Shown piece after piece: positions 39,984 to 54,189 of a DNA stretch of 64,000 nucleotides. Origin of the DNA: the human T2T-CHM13v2.0 reference genome, Homo sapiens; the NCBI RefSeq assembly GCF_009914755.1, contig NC_060935.1; one strand, given 5' to 3'. The number at the start of each line of letters is the position of its first letter. Within the stretch, counting starts at the first letter, position 1. The notes under the pieces were generated by a model. The model was not told where the DNA came from. It did no database searches and saw only the letters and a program-made list of their open reading frames with translations. Made by a program: the position numbers and the translations under genes.

Positions 39984-40949
39984 ACCTACAATACAGAATG
40001 GAAAAGCTGAAAGGCTCTTGGAATTGGGAATTAATTACTGAGCTCCTTAACTCTAGCTTGATGATTCCTATCTAGTCCAAGCTAACTATTTTTGCAACTC
40101 CACTATCATCTGATAGGTGACTGATGGGACCTGTATTAAATGAGTTGAGAATCACAGTCTAGCTCTTTGTAGACAAAGTCCACATTACAAAAAAGGCCAT
40201 TAATTTGTCTTCTGAAAGAGAGCTCAGAAACTTTATGACTAAAGCCACCATGAAAAGAATGCAAAAACTCACTTTAAATAGCTCTCCAATAATAAGTCAA
40301 GTACAGAAGCTATGTTGTACCTCTCACACTCAACACTTTGTAACTGCAAAGTGCTTTTCTAGCAGTGTCACTTCCTTTGGAGGAGCTAACATCGGCACTA
40401 AAAGCAAGAAAAAAAAAAAAAAAGACAAAAGACCTGTCCTTTCTGCTAGACAGAGAGACGGGGCCAAAGTCAAAATATAACTTACTACCAAACAATTTAC
40501 AAACCAGTGAATTCTCCTTTCACTGATGAATGAACATACAGTATGGGAAATGACAGGGGATAAGATAACAAAGTCAGCAGATGACCATCTTGGTCAGTTC
40601 TAGGTAAACAAGCTCAGTATGATTAAACTATCAATATATCAGGAGAAAATCGTACCATTTTCCTTGAAGAATAATCAAAACTTAACTTGATTGCTCCTTT
40701 TAGTTAACCAATGCAGCAAAATGAAGATTTTTCATAGAAAATATCACATATACAGTTTTTGGCAGTCTACTAAAATTGTTTCAACTTAACTAACAAAGAG
40801 TTAAGTAAGAAGGTATCAGGAGAAAAAGCACGAATAGATCCAAATTCTGAGGAATAATATTCCCAAGACTGGCCCACCAATAAAATAATTATTTCTCAAA
40901 ATTTTAAGGTAGCCAATTAAAAGGCAAAAGAACAACTGTTACGCCTCTA

Positions 40950-41155
40950 GGACAGAATTTTTCAACCTTGGCCAGATAATTCTTTGTTTTGGCGGCTGTT
41001 TGGTATATTATAGGAGGTTCAGCAGCATCCCAGGCCTCTACTCTCTAGATGCCATAGCACCTCCCTCCCTTCAGCTGTGACAACCAAAAATGTCTCCAGA
41101 CATTGCCAAATGTCCCCTGGGGAGGAGAATCAACCCTGGTTGAGAACCATCACTC
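40950..41155. mobile_element. MER20 hAT element
   Basis: GTGACAACCAAAAATGTCTCCAGACATTGCCAAATGTCCCCTGGGG...GGTTGAGAACCA. Confidence 0.85.
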
Positions 41156-41303
41156 CAGCAGAAATACTGCATGAAGACGAGAAGCTTGAGACCTCTAGGA
41201 AATAGGTGATAATCAAATGACACAGCATAATGATGACAAACAAAATCTGTGCATAAAAGGGGCAAAAAGAAAGTTCCCCAGGCAGGTGTTCTTTGTTCCT
41301 GAC

Positions 41304-41512
41304 CTGACTCTGCCAGCATCTTCACAGCTTTGGCCTTGGCCAGTTCCAGGGCCGTCACCCAGCGCTGCCGCTCAACTTCTGAACTAGCTTTCAGATGGTA
41401 GGTCTGAGCACCCCCATTGGAAATGATGAAGTTGCAGGAGTCCTCCACGGTGATGTTGGCTGTGGCGAGGTTGATGGTACCACGGCAGGTATGTCTCATT
41501 TCTGCCTTTGAT
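41304..41512 (-). CDS. OSBP: OSBP exon 2 (209 nt), PH domain
   Basis: tacag|ATC...TCAG|GTCAG; SKAEMRHTCRGTINLA...KMLAES; phase fits exon 1. Confidence 0.98.
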
Positions 41513-41951
41513 CTGTAATAACAAGACAAAGACAATTTAAACAGAAAGTTGACGGTTTATCCTTTATCACATTCCATTTCTTTTCATAACTCTGAGCTCC
41601 CTGAAAATATGACAGTCTTAGGAATCAGCAAGTTCTAGTCCCTCAAACGGGTCCCTAAAATTCACGAAACAATTAGTGGGGATTTCCCTTCAGAGCCTAT
41701 AAGTGTTGTTTCTGAGTCAGATTTTTTTTTTTTTTTTTTGCTTTGCTGTCCCTCTTACCATTTTCCTTTTAGAAATAGGCTTTACAGGCCGGGCACCCGT
41801 AATCCCAGCACTTTGGGAGGCCAAGGTGGGCAGATCACCTGAGGTCAGGAGTTCCAGACCGGCCTGGCTAACATGGTGAAACCCTGTTTCTACTAAAAAT
41901 CAAAAAAATTAGCCAGGCGTGCGGGTGTGTGCCTGTAATTCCAGCTACTCA

Positions 41952-42056
<105 letters not shown>

Positions 42057-45000
42057 TCAAAAAAAAAAAAAAAAAAGAAAGAAAGAAAGAAAGAAAGAAA
42101 TAGGCTATACTGAGGTATAACTACATGCAATGTTAATTTAGCAATTTTAAAGGTACAACTGAATGAGTTTTGACAAATGTACACAAGTGCATAACCACCA
42201 CCACAATCAAGATGTAGAACATTTCTATCATCTCAGTAAGTTCCTTCATGCCCTTTTGCAGTCAGGAATTATCTTTTACTTAGCAAGTTGTAATTATAAA
42301 TTGCCCTATAACCTCATGCAACAATCTCATTTCCTAAGAATAGCTCTATTTTATATATACCAAACCATCTCGCTCCCGACTGTAACTCAGCCCAAATGAG
42401 AACTCAGCCCAATGTTACATCATGCTTAGAGTTATATCGCAGAAGTGTAAAAAAAGCACCCTTAAATGTTTAGAGTATTAAATATTGGCTATGGTTCAAA
42501 TGATATGAAATAAGAATAACTAGCTTTCTGGGGAAGTAAAAAGGAATCACCAAGTGTTTTAATCTTTCTGGAATATGTTCATTCCTAAGGTCCACCATAC
42601 TCTACTGGTGGGAACTCCTAAGCCGTCTATTAATAGCTAGGAAAGATTCAGCAGATCTGCTCTCAGAGAACTGGGTGTAAAAATTTTCCCGATCTCTAGT
42701 GACTGACAGTTCTATTAATAGACTAACTTTTGAACTTTACAGCATTACTTGGTGACAACAAGCTATAAGACACTTCACATAGAATACCAAGCTTCACATA
42801 AAATATCAAGCTTCTAGCACAATCGAGTGTCTAACACAAACTGTGTCATTTCCCTACCACCCGCTGGTTATGCCCAGGAACCTGCATGTTGAGACTGCAC
42901 TTTTCCCTGTCCAAATTGGAACACAGAGGTCAAAGTCCTTTGCCAACTGCCACAGTACAAAGCAGAGCCATTTCCCTTTCAGTGGAGTCAAGCAGCCAAA
43001 CACACCTGGCATATCCAGAATTCCTGCATGCCAGAAATGGCACACACCCCATAAGATTTGGTATGTTTGAGAAAGTCTGGAAGACAGGTTTGTTGTTCAA
43101 TTTTTCACATGAACTGCTCTTCCTTCCTCAAATAGTATGGGAAGGCCAGAAGGGTCTCAATGAACTGGGCCATTTTCCATCTCCTGCACCTGCCACACTG
43201 TAACATGAATCCGTTTTTTCTATTCTTACCTCCCCACCCCCAAGCTTCAGTTACATTATGAATAATGCAGGCTGAATTACAGATGCACAGCTGACAGGCC
43301 AGCTCGCTCATGTTTTCTACTCCAAGTATACTACTTGGACCTTCCTCCACATTCCTCCTTATTGGAGCTTTTTGGAAACCACTTCTTAGGAATCTCTTCT
43401 GCCTGGGTCATCATTGTAGGAATCTCTTCTGCCTGGGTCATCATTGTAAACTAAAGAAGTTTCTCAAATTACAAAAAGTCTGTAGCAGTTTAAAAAATAC
43501 CAAGGAACTCTGGGAGTAAGGCAGACTTGATCTCGGAGCTCTTGAGTCTGGGCAGATACACTTATGATTATAAATGATTAGTGCAGAAGCTGGAAAGACA
43601 TGAATCTCAGGGTACAAGATAGGTTCTTCAGGCACTACAATATTAGGTGGTATTTTCTGGCCAGAAAGTTCTTCCCTGAAAAGGCTAGCTGAAATAGTAA
43701 TTCAATCTCTAGAAGCTAGCCAGGAGAACTAATACTATGGCCTGTCACAATGTTTCTGGGAGAGTTGGGATTCCATATAAGGTTTTAAGTAATGGGACAT
43801 CTAAGTAACTGGGTACGTAAGGAAGCCCAGGATAGGTAAAGGAAGTGGTTTGCCAAGGCCTATTAGGACAGCTCATCCGAGGATGGGTCTAGGAAGTACA
43901 CAATCCCACTTAAAAGGAAAACAGTATTTTGGAAACAGCATATATAAGAAACTGCAGGTTTTGGAGGTATGAAAAGCAGGAGGAATGACAACTTGTCTAA
44001 ATAATTCTTGGAGGAAGATGAGGACCAGAAGAATCCTGCAGGAAAAAATAAACTGCCAGTATACTTGATAGGAGGTATTTCAGTGCAATTTTGAGGGTAG
44101 TGCACAGATTGATAACTCTGGATCCCGCTGGTTTGTTTATGGGTGGGACCACCTAAGTTGACTAGGGCAGGCCTATGGCATATTTCCCAATATGTGGTTT
44201 GGTATGTTTTGGAAGGAGTTTTATATGTAGTCAGACAGGTACCACTAGCTCTTGTAAGGGAGAAGTTAAAAGTGGTAACAAATACTTAAAGAGACAGCAA
44301 CATGTAAGTTATTAGTGTCTAAGATCACTATTGATCAACACTAGTACTGATCAAAGAATCAACTGGCCTGGAAAGTGGATCCGGTAAGAACTTGGATGAG
44401 AAATGACCACATACGAAGGCCCTGAGGTGATATACAATTTTTGAAAATGCAAAAACAGTATTAATATTGACTTGCGACACAAGTCAGGATATAAATCAAT
44501 TAAACATTAAAATGATGGTCAATAATAACAGGAAAACATGAACTTGAATGAGAGAAAAATCTGGGGAAATTAAAATTTTAGATTTGTAATCTAAGTTTAA
44601 ATGGATGGTCCTGGATAAGTAGTTCGAAAGGGTCATAATTAAAATCAATTCTGAATACAGTAATGCAAATGAAATATACAATTATTCACAACTGTTGATT
44701 AAGCAGTGAGGATGAGCTATCTAAGGCATTTTGCCCTGTAAGAGGACAGGTAAAAATGTGTTCCTGCCAACAACCTCCAACTCCCACCTTCAATTTCTCC
44801 TCAAAATTCTCTAAGAGCCAATACAGTGGAGTTGATGGAAAAGAGACTTGTTCAGCCTAACTCTCTGGGTAGCAGAATGATTCCTGGTGAAGGAAAAGAA
44901 ATATAGAGTGAGCTGCTCTTCAACATCAGTGTTTTGGGTCTCAAAGAGGATGGTCTCTGGAAAAAAATATTTCAATTGGAATGTCATTAAGCAAAATATC

Positions 45001-45999
45001 CCTTAAAGGAGACTTTTATACTTTTTGCATAAAATACACATAGTAAGCATGATCCATAAAATTACTTGCTATTGATAAGCAATTATCTCTGTAACTGACC
45101 GATTCATTTCACACTAACCTGAGTTTTAGGTTAGATTAGTGTGAACAGAAGTAGTTTCAAATCCCAGCTGCTCAAAAACCTTGGGAAAGTTGCCCATGCT
45201 AAGTCTGTTTTCCTCATCAGTAAGATGGGAATATTTCCCAACTCCTAGGGTTGTTGTTGGGAGTCAACAAAATACTATAATGAAATACTGTATATAAAAC
45301 ACCTAGACACATTGTCCAGCCCTCAGGAAATGTTTACGCCCTGTCCCCAAATCACCTATCTTAACTCCTCTATCCTTTTTAGCCCAAAAGCGTGCCATGT
45401 GATGGCCAGGTTATGAGTCACCATAAATATATATTAAACAGTCCAAAATAAACCTTGTTGAACAGAAGTAATCACACCAAAGACATGGATTCTTCTTTTA
45501 ATAAAAGTTAATCCTAACTAACCAAAAAATCACAGAAATGCCAGATAAAACACTTAATCATTTCCACGGGAGGAGGTGGGGCAAGCAAAAATAAAAGCAG
45601 CACTGGGGTGCACATCTCCATTCTGGGCTGTCCAGAGGCCAAAGCACATGCAAAGTCTTGGAGAGATAAGGCAGAAAGGGGACGGAATACCGAAGCCACC
45701 CTGTGTGTGTGATGCCCTTATGTCTGAATGTGAAGGGAGCAAGGACGGGTACATCCAGAGCTACGAATAACCTTGAGTTTTGGAGACTGGGCACTGACAG
45801 CTACAACTTGGGACTTCCACTGTAAGTTCCTTGGGAGGAGTGCCTCGGGTTTGTTCTGCTGCATGTGTTCCCTTAGTACCTACACCAGTGCCTTGCTTGC
45901 AGAATTAATAATTGCACCCATGTGCTGGTGGAAATACAATGGAAGCACAGACGCTCTCCAAACGACTAATGACTGGAAAGGCCGGGAGCGAAGGGAAGA

Positions 46000-47500
46000 T
46001 AAGGCACCAAGAGTGGGTAACCCGAGGGGAGGGGAGGTGTACGTCCAGGGGCTTTTCACTTTCGTGACAGTGGGCTCCGACCCCTGGGCTGTCAATCCGC
46101 ACAGATGACGAAAAGGGGCCTGGGGCAACCCTGGCTGCGGTGCCGGCTGGCGGTAATGCCGGAGCTGGGACTGTTGGCAGATATGGGGGAGGCAAGGTGA
46201 GCGACAGCGCCCCGGAAGCAGTTACCTGTAGTAGCTCAGGAGCCCGTTGCTCAGCACGAACCATCGCCGCTGGTAGCCTTTGATATAATTGGTCCATTTG
46301 AAGAGCCAGCCCTCTCGAGCCGAGCCCGAACCCCCAGCGCCCGAGCCGCCCGAGCCCCCAGTCGGCGGCGCAGGGGCCGGGCCAGCCGCCGCCACTCCCC
46401 CGGCCCCCGGGCCCGGGCCTCCCGCCGCCGCCGCGACCACCGTCCCTGACGCGGCCCCGGAGCCTGGCCCCGCATCTCCGCGGCCGCCGCCTCCTCCCAC
46501 CACTGGGGGACCGGCGCCGCCGCCGCCAAGTGCTGCAATGGCTGCCGGGCCTGGCCCCACCACTCCTCTCAGCTCCGTCGCCGCCATGAGCCGCCGCCGC
46601 CTGGAGATACAAGACCGGAACCGCCTACGAGAGCCGCCGTCGCCGCCCGGAGCGCCCCACACGGCTACCGCATCAGCCACCGCCGCGCAGCGTCCCCGCC
46701 CCGCCCGGCCAGCCGCGGGGAGGAGGGCTCGGCCGCCGGGAAGAAGGACGTCGATTGGTGCCGCTGAGTGTCACTTGAGGAAGACCCCGCGGATATTGGC
46801 ATTTCTCTCGGGCCTGTCATTCTACAGCGCCCAGTGAGAGCCTGGGGTGGGACGCGTCCGCCAGACCCACCTTTGATTGGTTCAGATAAAGGCCAATCAG
46901 ACTTTTGGGGAAGCTCATTGGTGCTTTCCTGAAGTTTCCAGCGCTCAGGGAGGACGGGAGAATGCGGAATGCCCGGCCAATCTGATCGCCGATTGGCTGC
47001 TGTTTCCGCCATTCATTTCAGTTTATGCGCCTGTCACTGCCACGTCACCCCCTCCCATCGCTCTTCTCATCATCCTTTTCCGCCCTCATGGATTGGTGGT
47101 TGGTATCAGCTGCTCCACCTTTTCTACCATTTACTGAACGAGTTGAGGAAAAAGGGAAGGAGTCTCGTCTTTACATCCTTATTTTCTTTTTTTATTGGTT
47201 GGCACCTATGCCACTCACGTGGTGGAGAGGCGGGGCAATAGTTGGAGATGATTGGTTCTGAGAATTGGCTGTGAAAGCGGCATTGCTGACCAGTGAGAGA
47301 GACCTAATGAGGAGCAGGCCGGGGCAACCAATGAAATCGGAGAAGAGCGCTTGGGGGCGTGTCCGCCTGCTTTCAGCCTTTGGCAAGTTGGTGGGAGGTG
47401 AAAGTGACTTGGCCTCTTAAAAGCGTTTTTTTCACGTGGGTGTGATGTCGTGTTCCGTTTTTCTGAATAAGAACTTCGTAGCTTCTTGTTAGGAAGAACC
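46000..47500. promoter_or_regulatory. CpG-island, TATA-less promoter of OSBP with GC boxes, 12 CCAAT boxes and E-boxes
   Basis: Very high GC and CpG content around exon 1; CCCCGCCCCGCCC near 46695-46706; CACGTG at 47216 and 47433. Confidence 0.92.
46226..46587 (-). CDS. OSBP: OSBP coding exon 1 (362 nt): Gly/Ala-rich N-terminus and start of PH domain
   Basis: ATG at 46587 gives [14 protein letters not shown]...[31 protein letters not shown]; donor AG|GTAAC. Confidence 0.98.
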
Positions 47501-49308
47501 TGGAGGACAGAGTAACTCTCGGCAGTCAGCCCCCGCCTGAGGCTCTCTTGAAGGACCCCCTTCTAACTCGAAGCTGGATACCCAGATTCCAGGGGTGCCC
47601 AGAAGTAGCTTTTCCAGCCCCTTCCTGGATCCATGGTCCCCCTAGTTCCCTTCCCTGTTTGCTCTTTATCGCTCCACACCCCTTGTGTCTTGATTCTAGA
47701 CTGTCATATGCCTATACCGATTCTGTCCCCTTCAGAAGTAGATTCGCGAGGACCTGACTTTATGTGTCTCTTCCAGACCTAAAGGCCCTTGGTTTTAGCA
47801 TCATAGGTGCCATGTATATGCTTAACTTTGAACAGAAAATTATTATTTTTTGTATCTTTAAACTGATATATCGTAGTTGTACATATTTAACTTTGGACAG
47901 AAAATTTTTTTTATATCTTTAAACTGATATAGTTGTACATATTTTCAGGGATACATCTGATATTGTGATACATGTATTCAATGTATAATTATCAAATCAG
48001 TGTAATTGGGATATCCATCATCTCAAACATTATCTTTGTGTTGGGAACATTTTCTGCTATGCGTTCTCTTGTAGCAGGAAATCGTTATTTTTGATCAACT
48101 GACTATTCACACATTTGTGAAGATTACAAATTCAGTAACTAATGTAACATTTAGATGTAAGCTATTGTTGCAAATGTAACCTAAAGCGCCGTACTTTAGG
48201 GAATCTAGCATCTGTTACATTTTGCTAGTTTGAACAGGCAATAGAAATAGCTATTAGATACTGTAAAAGAAATTGACTTTCTTTGCCAATGTGCTTCCCA
48301 GTGTCAATAAATTAAAGTATCCTTTTTAAGAAAATCGTTTCAAAAGAAGCGAAGTATTTATTGAATTCTGGAGAGAGAATACTCTTTAAAAATCTGCAAT
48401 TTTTACTATCAGGGATCATTTGTATAGCTCATTACTAGTGAATTTCTCTGAATGTGTAGAGCAAAATAAAATCTGCTATTAGATGTAGGCTATTTGGGAT
48501 TAATTTTTTTTTTAACTGAGCTAGAGTTAATCCATTTAGGCTTGAGTCCTGCTTTTGCTACTTACTGGGTCTATTACTTTGAGAAAATTATTTAAGCACT
48601 CCAAGTCTCAGTTTTCACTTATGTTAAACAGGAATAAAACCTCACAGGGATGCTGTTGTGATTAAGTGCGTTTGAATGTGTTTGATAAACTGTAGATAGC
48701 TACAAACATGTGAGTTGTGTTGCCAAACACATCTCACAGGTTACTTGCCATCACAAAGGAGAAACATACTTTTACAATGGGGAGATCTGGCAGTCCCCAC
48801 CTTAACCCAGTTATCCAATGTGTATCAGTAACCCTTGGACAACCAACATTTTTATGAAGTTCCCAGTGTGCTGCAGCATAAAGTATACAGCATCACTTAA
48901 TGGTGTTTTCTTGCCAAAATACTGAAAGTTAATCTAATCAAGGCTTTGGATCTAAACTCCAGTTTACTGGGCTGGAGGAACCAGTTGAACCATAACCCCA
49001 AGGAGATAATCAGATAAATCAAGAACGTGAAGCATTCTATAAGACAACTATTTTATAGAAGATAAGACATAAAGATCAAGGAAAATCAATGTCATAAAAA
49101 TGGTCAGGGGTGATTGTTCTAAATTTGAAAAAAAACTTAAAGAGATACAATCAAATGCTTAATTGGATTCTGGTTCTGAAAAAGCAGGCTTTTAGACATT
49201 TTTGAGACAATTGGGGAAATTTGAAAATGGACTGGTATCAGATGTTGTTAGTTATTACATTTGTTCATTGTAATAATGGTATGCTGGACATGGGGGAAAA
49301 CATCTTTA

Positions 49309-49701
<393 letters not shown>

Positions 49702-50791
49702 CTACCTCCCTACCTACCTACCTATCAAGCAAATATGGCAAAATCTTAATTGTTAAATCTATGTGGTAAGTATATAGGTGTTTACTGTACTATTATTTCT
49801 ACTTTTATTGTATATTTGGAATAATAATTTTAAAAAAGGTTTTGAGAGGCTAGTTTGACCTACTGTTGTTACCTAACACTGCCTCCGGAATACAGAACAG
49901 AATTCTTGGCCTGGCAAATGAGACCCATGACAATCTGATGTCACCTCTCCTTTCCAGTCCTTTTTTTTTTTTAAGACAGAATCTCACTCACCTAGGCTGG
50001 AGTACAGTGGCACAATCTCAAGTGATTGTCCTGTGTCAGCCTCTGGAGTAGCTGGGATTACAGGCATGCACCACCACACCCAGCTAATTTTTATATTTTT
50101 AGTAGAGACAGGGTTTCACCATGTTGGCCAGGCTGGTCTCAAACTCCTGACCTCAGGTGATCTGCCTGCCTTGGCCTCCCAAAGTGCTGGGATGACAGAT
50201 GTGAGCCACCAAGTGGTGGCTTTGAAATGCATACACACACATCTATCTGTCTGTCTGTCTCCCTCCCTACCTACCTATCAAGCAAATATGGCAAAATGTT
50301 AATTGTTAAATCTATGTGGTAAGTATATAGGCTCACACCTGGCCTCTCTCTTTTGTATTGGTGTACTCTGTGTTCCAATTAAATTGATCCACACATTTTT
50401 TTCCACATTCACCCTACACTTTCTCAAACTGATGCCTTTGTGTATGCTTTCCCTCCATTAAATGCCCAGTGAACTCCCTCCACAGAATTTCCTCGAATTT
50501 TCCTGGCTAGACGTAATGCCCCTTCCTCAGGACTTGCAGAGTTTCCTGTGAGGTTAATTGTCTTGCCTTATAATTATCTATGTTTCAATCATATCTCCCC
50601 TACTAGAGGGTCAATTTCTCTAATGTATAACCTGTATCTATTTCATCTTTGTTTCCCCCATGACAGCACGCAACCTAGCATATTCATCTATTTAATAAAT
50701 ATTTATCAATTATCTATTATATATCTTCAGGCCTGAGCCAAGTCTTAGGGACAAAGTAGTGAATGTACAAATAGGCTCTGGCTCCTCATGA

Positions 50792-51215
<424 letters not shown>

Positions 51216-51966
51216 CCTAACCTGTTTCAAAGAGGGATAAACTGTTTAAGTTGCCACCTGGGGACTGGGGAGGAGTAAGCAAAGGAAATAAATCAGTCAT
51301 TCTTTTTCCTTTCTCTTTTTTTCCTCCATAGCTAAAATCAGTCATCTTCCTGCGAAGGCATGAGGAGGAAAAGAGAGGAAGTAACTGAGGTGGGTACATA
51401 AGGCATGGAGAGTGAAGACCCCAAAGGGCTGTAAGACCTCATAAGGAGTCCAAGTTTTATTCTCATTGCAACAGGAAGCAATCAAAGGGATTAGAGCAAG
51501 TGACCCCAGTTCATTCATTCTTTCTTTGTTTCTTTCTGTATCTCTCTTTCTTTTCTTTTCTTTCTATGTTTCTTTCTTTCTCTCTGTCTTTTTTCTTGAC
51601 AGGGCCTTGCTCTGTCATCTAGGCTAGAGTACAATGATGTAATTAATTATGGTTCGCTGCAACCTTGAACTCCTGGGCTTAAGCAATCCTCCTGCCTCAG
51701 CCTCCCAAATAGCTAGGGCTACAGGCATGCACCACTATGCCTAGATACTTTTTATTTTTTGTAGAGACAGGGTCTTGCTGTGGTCTCAAACTCCTGGCCT
51801 CAAGTTATCCTCCCGCCTCAGCCTCGCAAAATGTTGGGAGTGGAGCCACCGTGCCTGGCCTCAATTCTTGTTTAAAATTATCACTGGCTGATGTGTGGAG
51901 TCACAAGAGTGGAGAGGGACAGCAATTAGGAAACTTCTACCATCATTTTTTTTTTTTTTTTTTTGA

Positions 51967-52251
<285 letters not shown>

Positions 52252-53539
52252 TAGAAGAGAAATATTGATGACTTGGTTGAATGTGGTGGAAACAGGGATG
52301 GAGAGAAGTGGATACATTCCACATATATTTGGAGATATACCTGATAGGACCGGGCACATGATAATGATTCAGTTAATGTTTAATGTGTGAAATAATTACA
52401 ACTTTAAAAAATTGGTGTTTTATTTTTCTCATGAAGTCATTGTCCTCATCCCAATATCCAGTCAGTAACAAAAAACTGATGATCTTTTATGCACCCCTTT
52501 CTTTACTGGCCTAGATTCTTGTGCTTTCTTCTCACTTTTAAACTCGTCTATTTGCCCCTAGTCTATCTTCCAGAATTCTCCTCACAACTGCCAAAGGGAT
52601 CTTCTTTTTTTTTTTTTTTTTTTTTGAGACAGAGTCTCTCTCTGTCACCCAGGCTGAAGTGCAGTGGCACAATCTTGGCTCGCTGCAACCTCTGCCTCCT
52701 TGGTTCTAGTGATTCTCGTGCCTCAGCTTTCCAAGTAGCTGGGACCACAAGTGCACGCCACCATGCTCTGCTAATTTTTGTATTTTTTGTAGAGACAGGT
52801 TTTTGCCATGTTGCCCAGGCTGGTCTTGAATTCCTGAGCTCAAGCGATCTGCCTGCCTCAGCCTCCCAAAGTGCTGGCGTTACAGGCGTGAGCCACCATG
52901 CTCGGCCAGGATTTTCTTAAAATAGTCTGTTCCTTACCTGAGTTTCTTGCTCCGTAATCCTCAAATGACCCCCCTCTGGTCTACAGGATAAAGTCCTGAT
53001 AGCTCACTTTGCCATCTAAGGCCCTACCCTACCAGGTCCTAATCTTGCTTTCCTGTCCCACTTTTTACAACTCTTTTCAGTCCATACTGGTTTACCTGCC
53101 AGACTCCAATATATTGGATATTTTTGCTTTCATGATTTTTTTTTACATAAACTATATTTTTTTAGAGCAGTTTTAGATTCACAGCAAAATTGAGCTGAAA
53201 TTACAGAGAGTTCCATGCACAGCCTCTCCTACTATCAACATCCAGAGTGGTGTAACTGTTAAAATTGATGAATCTACACTGACACATCATTATCCACCCA
53301 AAACCCATAGTTTACATTAGTGTTTATTTGGCATTGTACATTCTATGGGTTTTAACAATGTATAATGACATTTATCCAGGATTAAATATCATACAGATTA
53401 GTTTTATTGTCCGAAAAAACCTCTCTGCTCCACCTATTCATTCCTCCTTTTTCCTTAACTCTTGGCAACCAGTGATCTTTCTACTGTCTTCACAGTTACG
53501 CCTTTTCCAGAATGTCTTATAGTTTGAATCACACACATA

Positions 53540-53879
53540 CATTTGTCCTTCAGTATCCATGGGGAATTGGTTCCCAGATTCTCTGCAAATACCAAAATCC
53601 ACAGATGGTCAAGTCTGTTATACAAAATGGTATAGTATTTGCATATAACCTATACACATCTTCTCTTATACTTTAAATTATCTCTAGATTATTTCTAATA
53701 CCCAATACAATGTAAATGCTATGTAAATAGTTGTTATCCTATATTGTTTAGGGAATAATGACAGGAAAAAAGTCTGTACATATTCAGTACAGGCACAAGC
53801 ATCTCTTTTTGGGAGAATATTTTTGATACTTGGTTGAAATCGTGGATGCAGAACCCACAGATATGGAGGGCTGACTGTA
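53540..53879. mobile_element. MER2 (Tigger-type DNA transposon)
   Basis: Same internal motifs as the copy at 22285; ends GGAGGGCTGACTG-TA. Confidence 0.78.
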
Positions 53880-53931
53880 GTTTGAAAAGAAGCCTTTTAA
53901 AAACTGGCTTCTTTCCGGGCGTGGTGGCTCA

Positions 53932-54189
<258 letters not shown>

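Noticed and set aside
45108-45145. Short hairpin TTCACACTAA...TTAGTGTGAA in intron 1
   Set aside because: A 10-bp stem is compatible with chance or a small local template switch; no other support
45905-46837. 235-aa alternative-frame ORF and 182-aa antisense ORF over exon 1
   Set aside because: Expected in a GC-rich CpG island; non-ATG starts, and the first runs into intron 1
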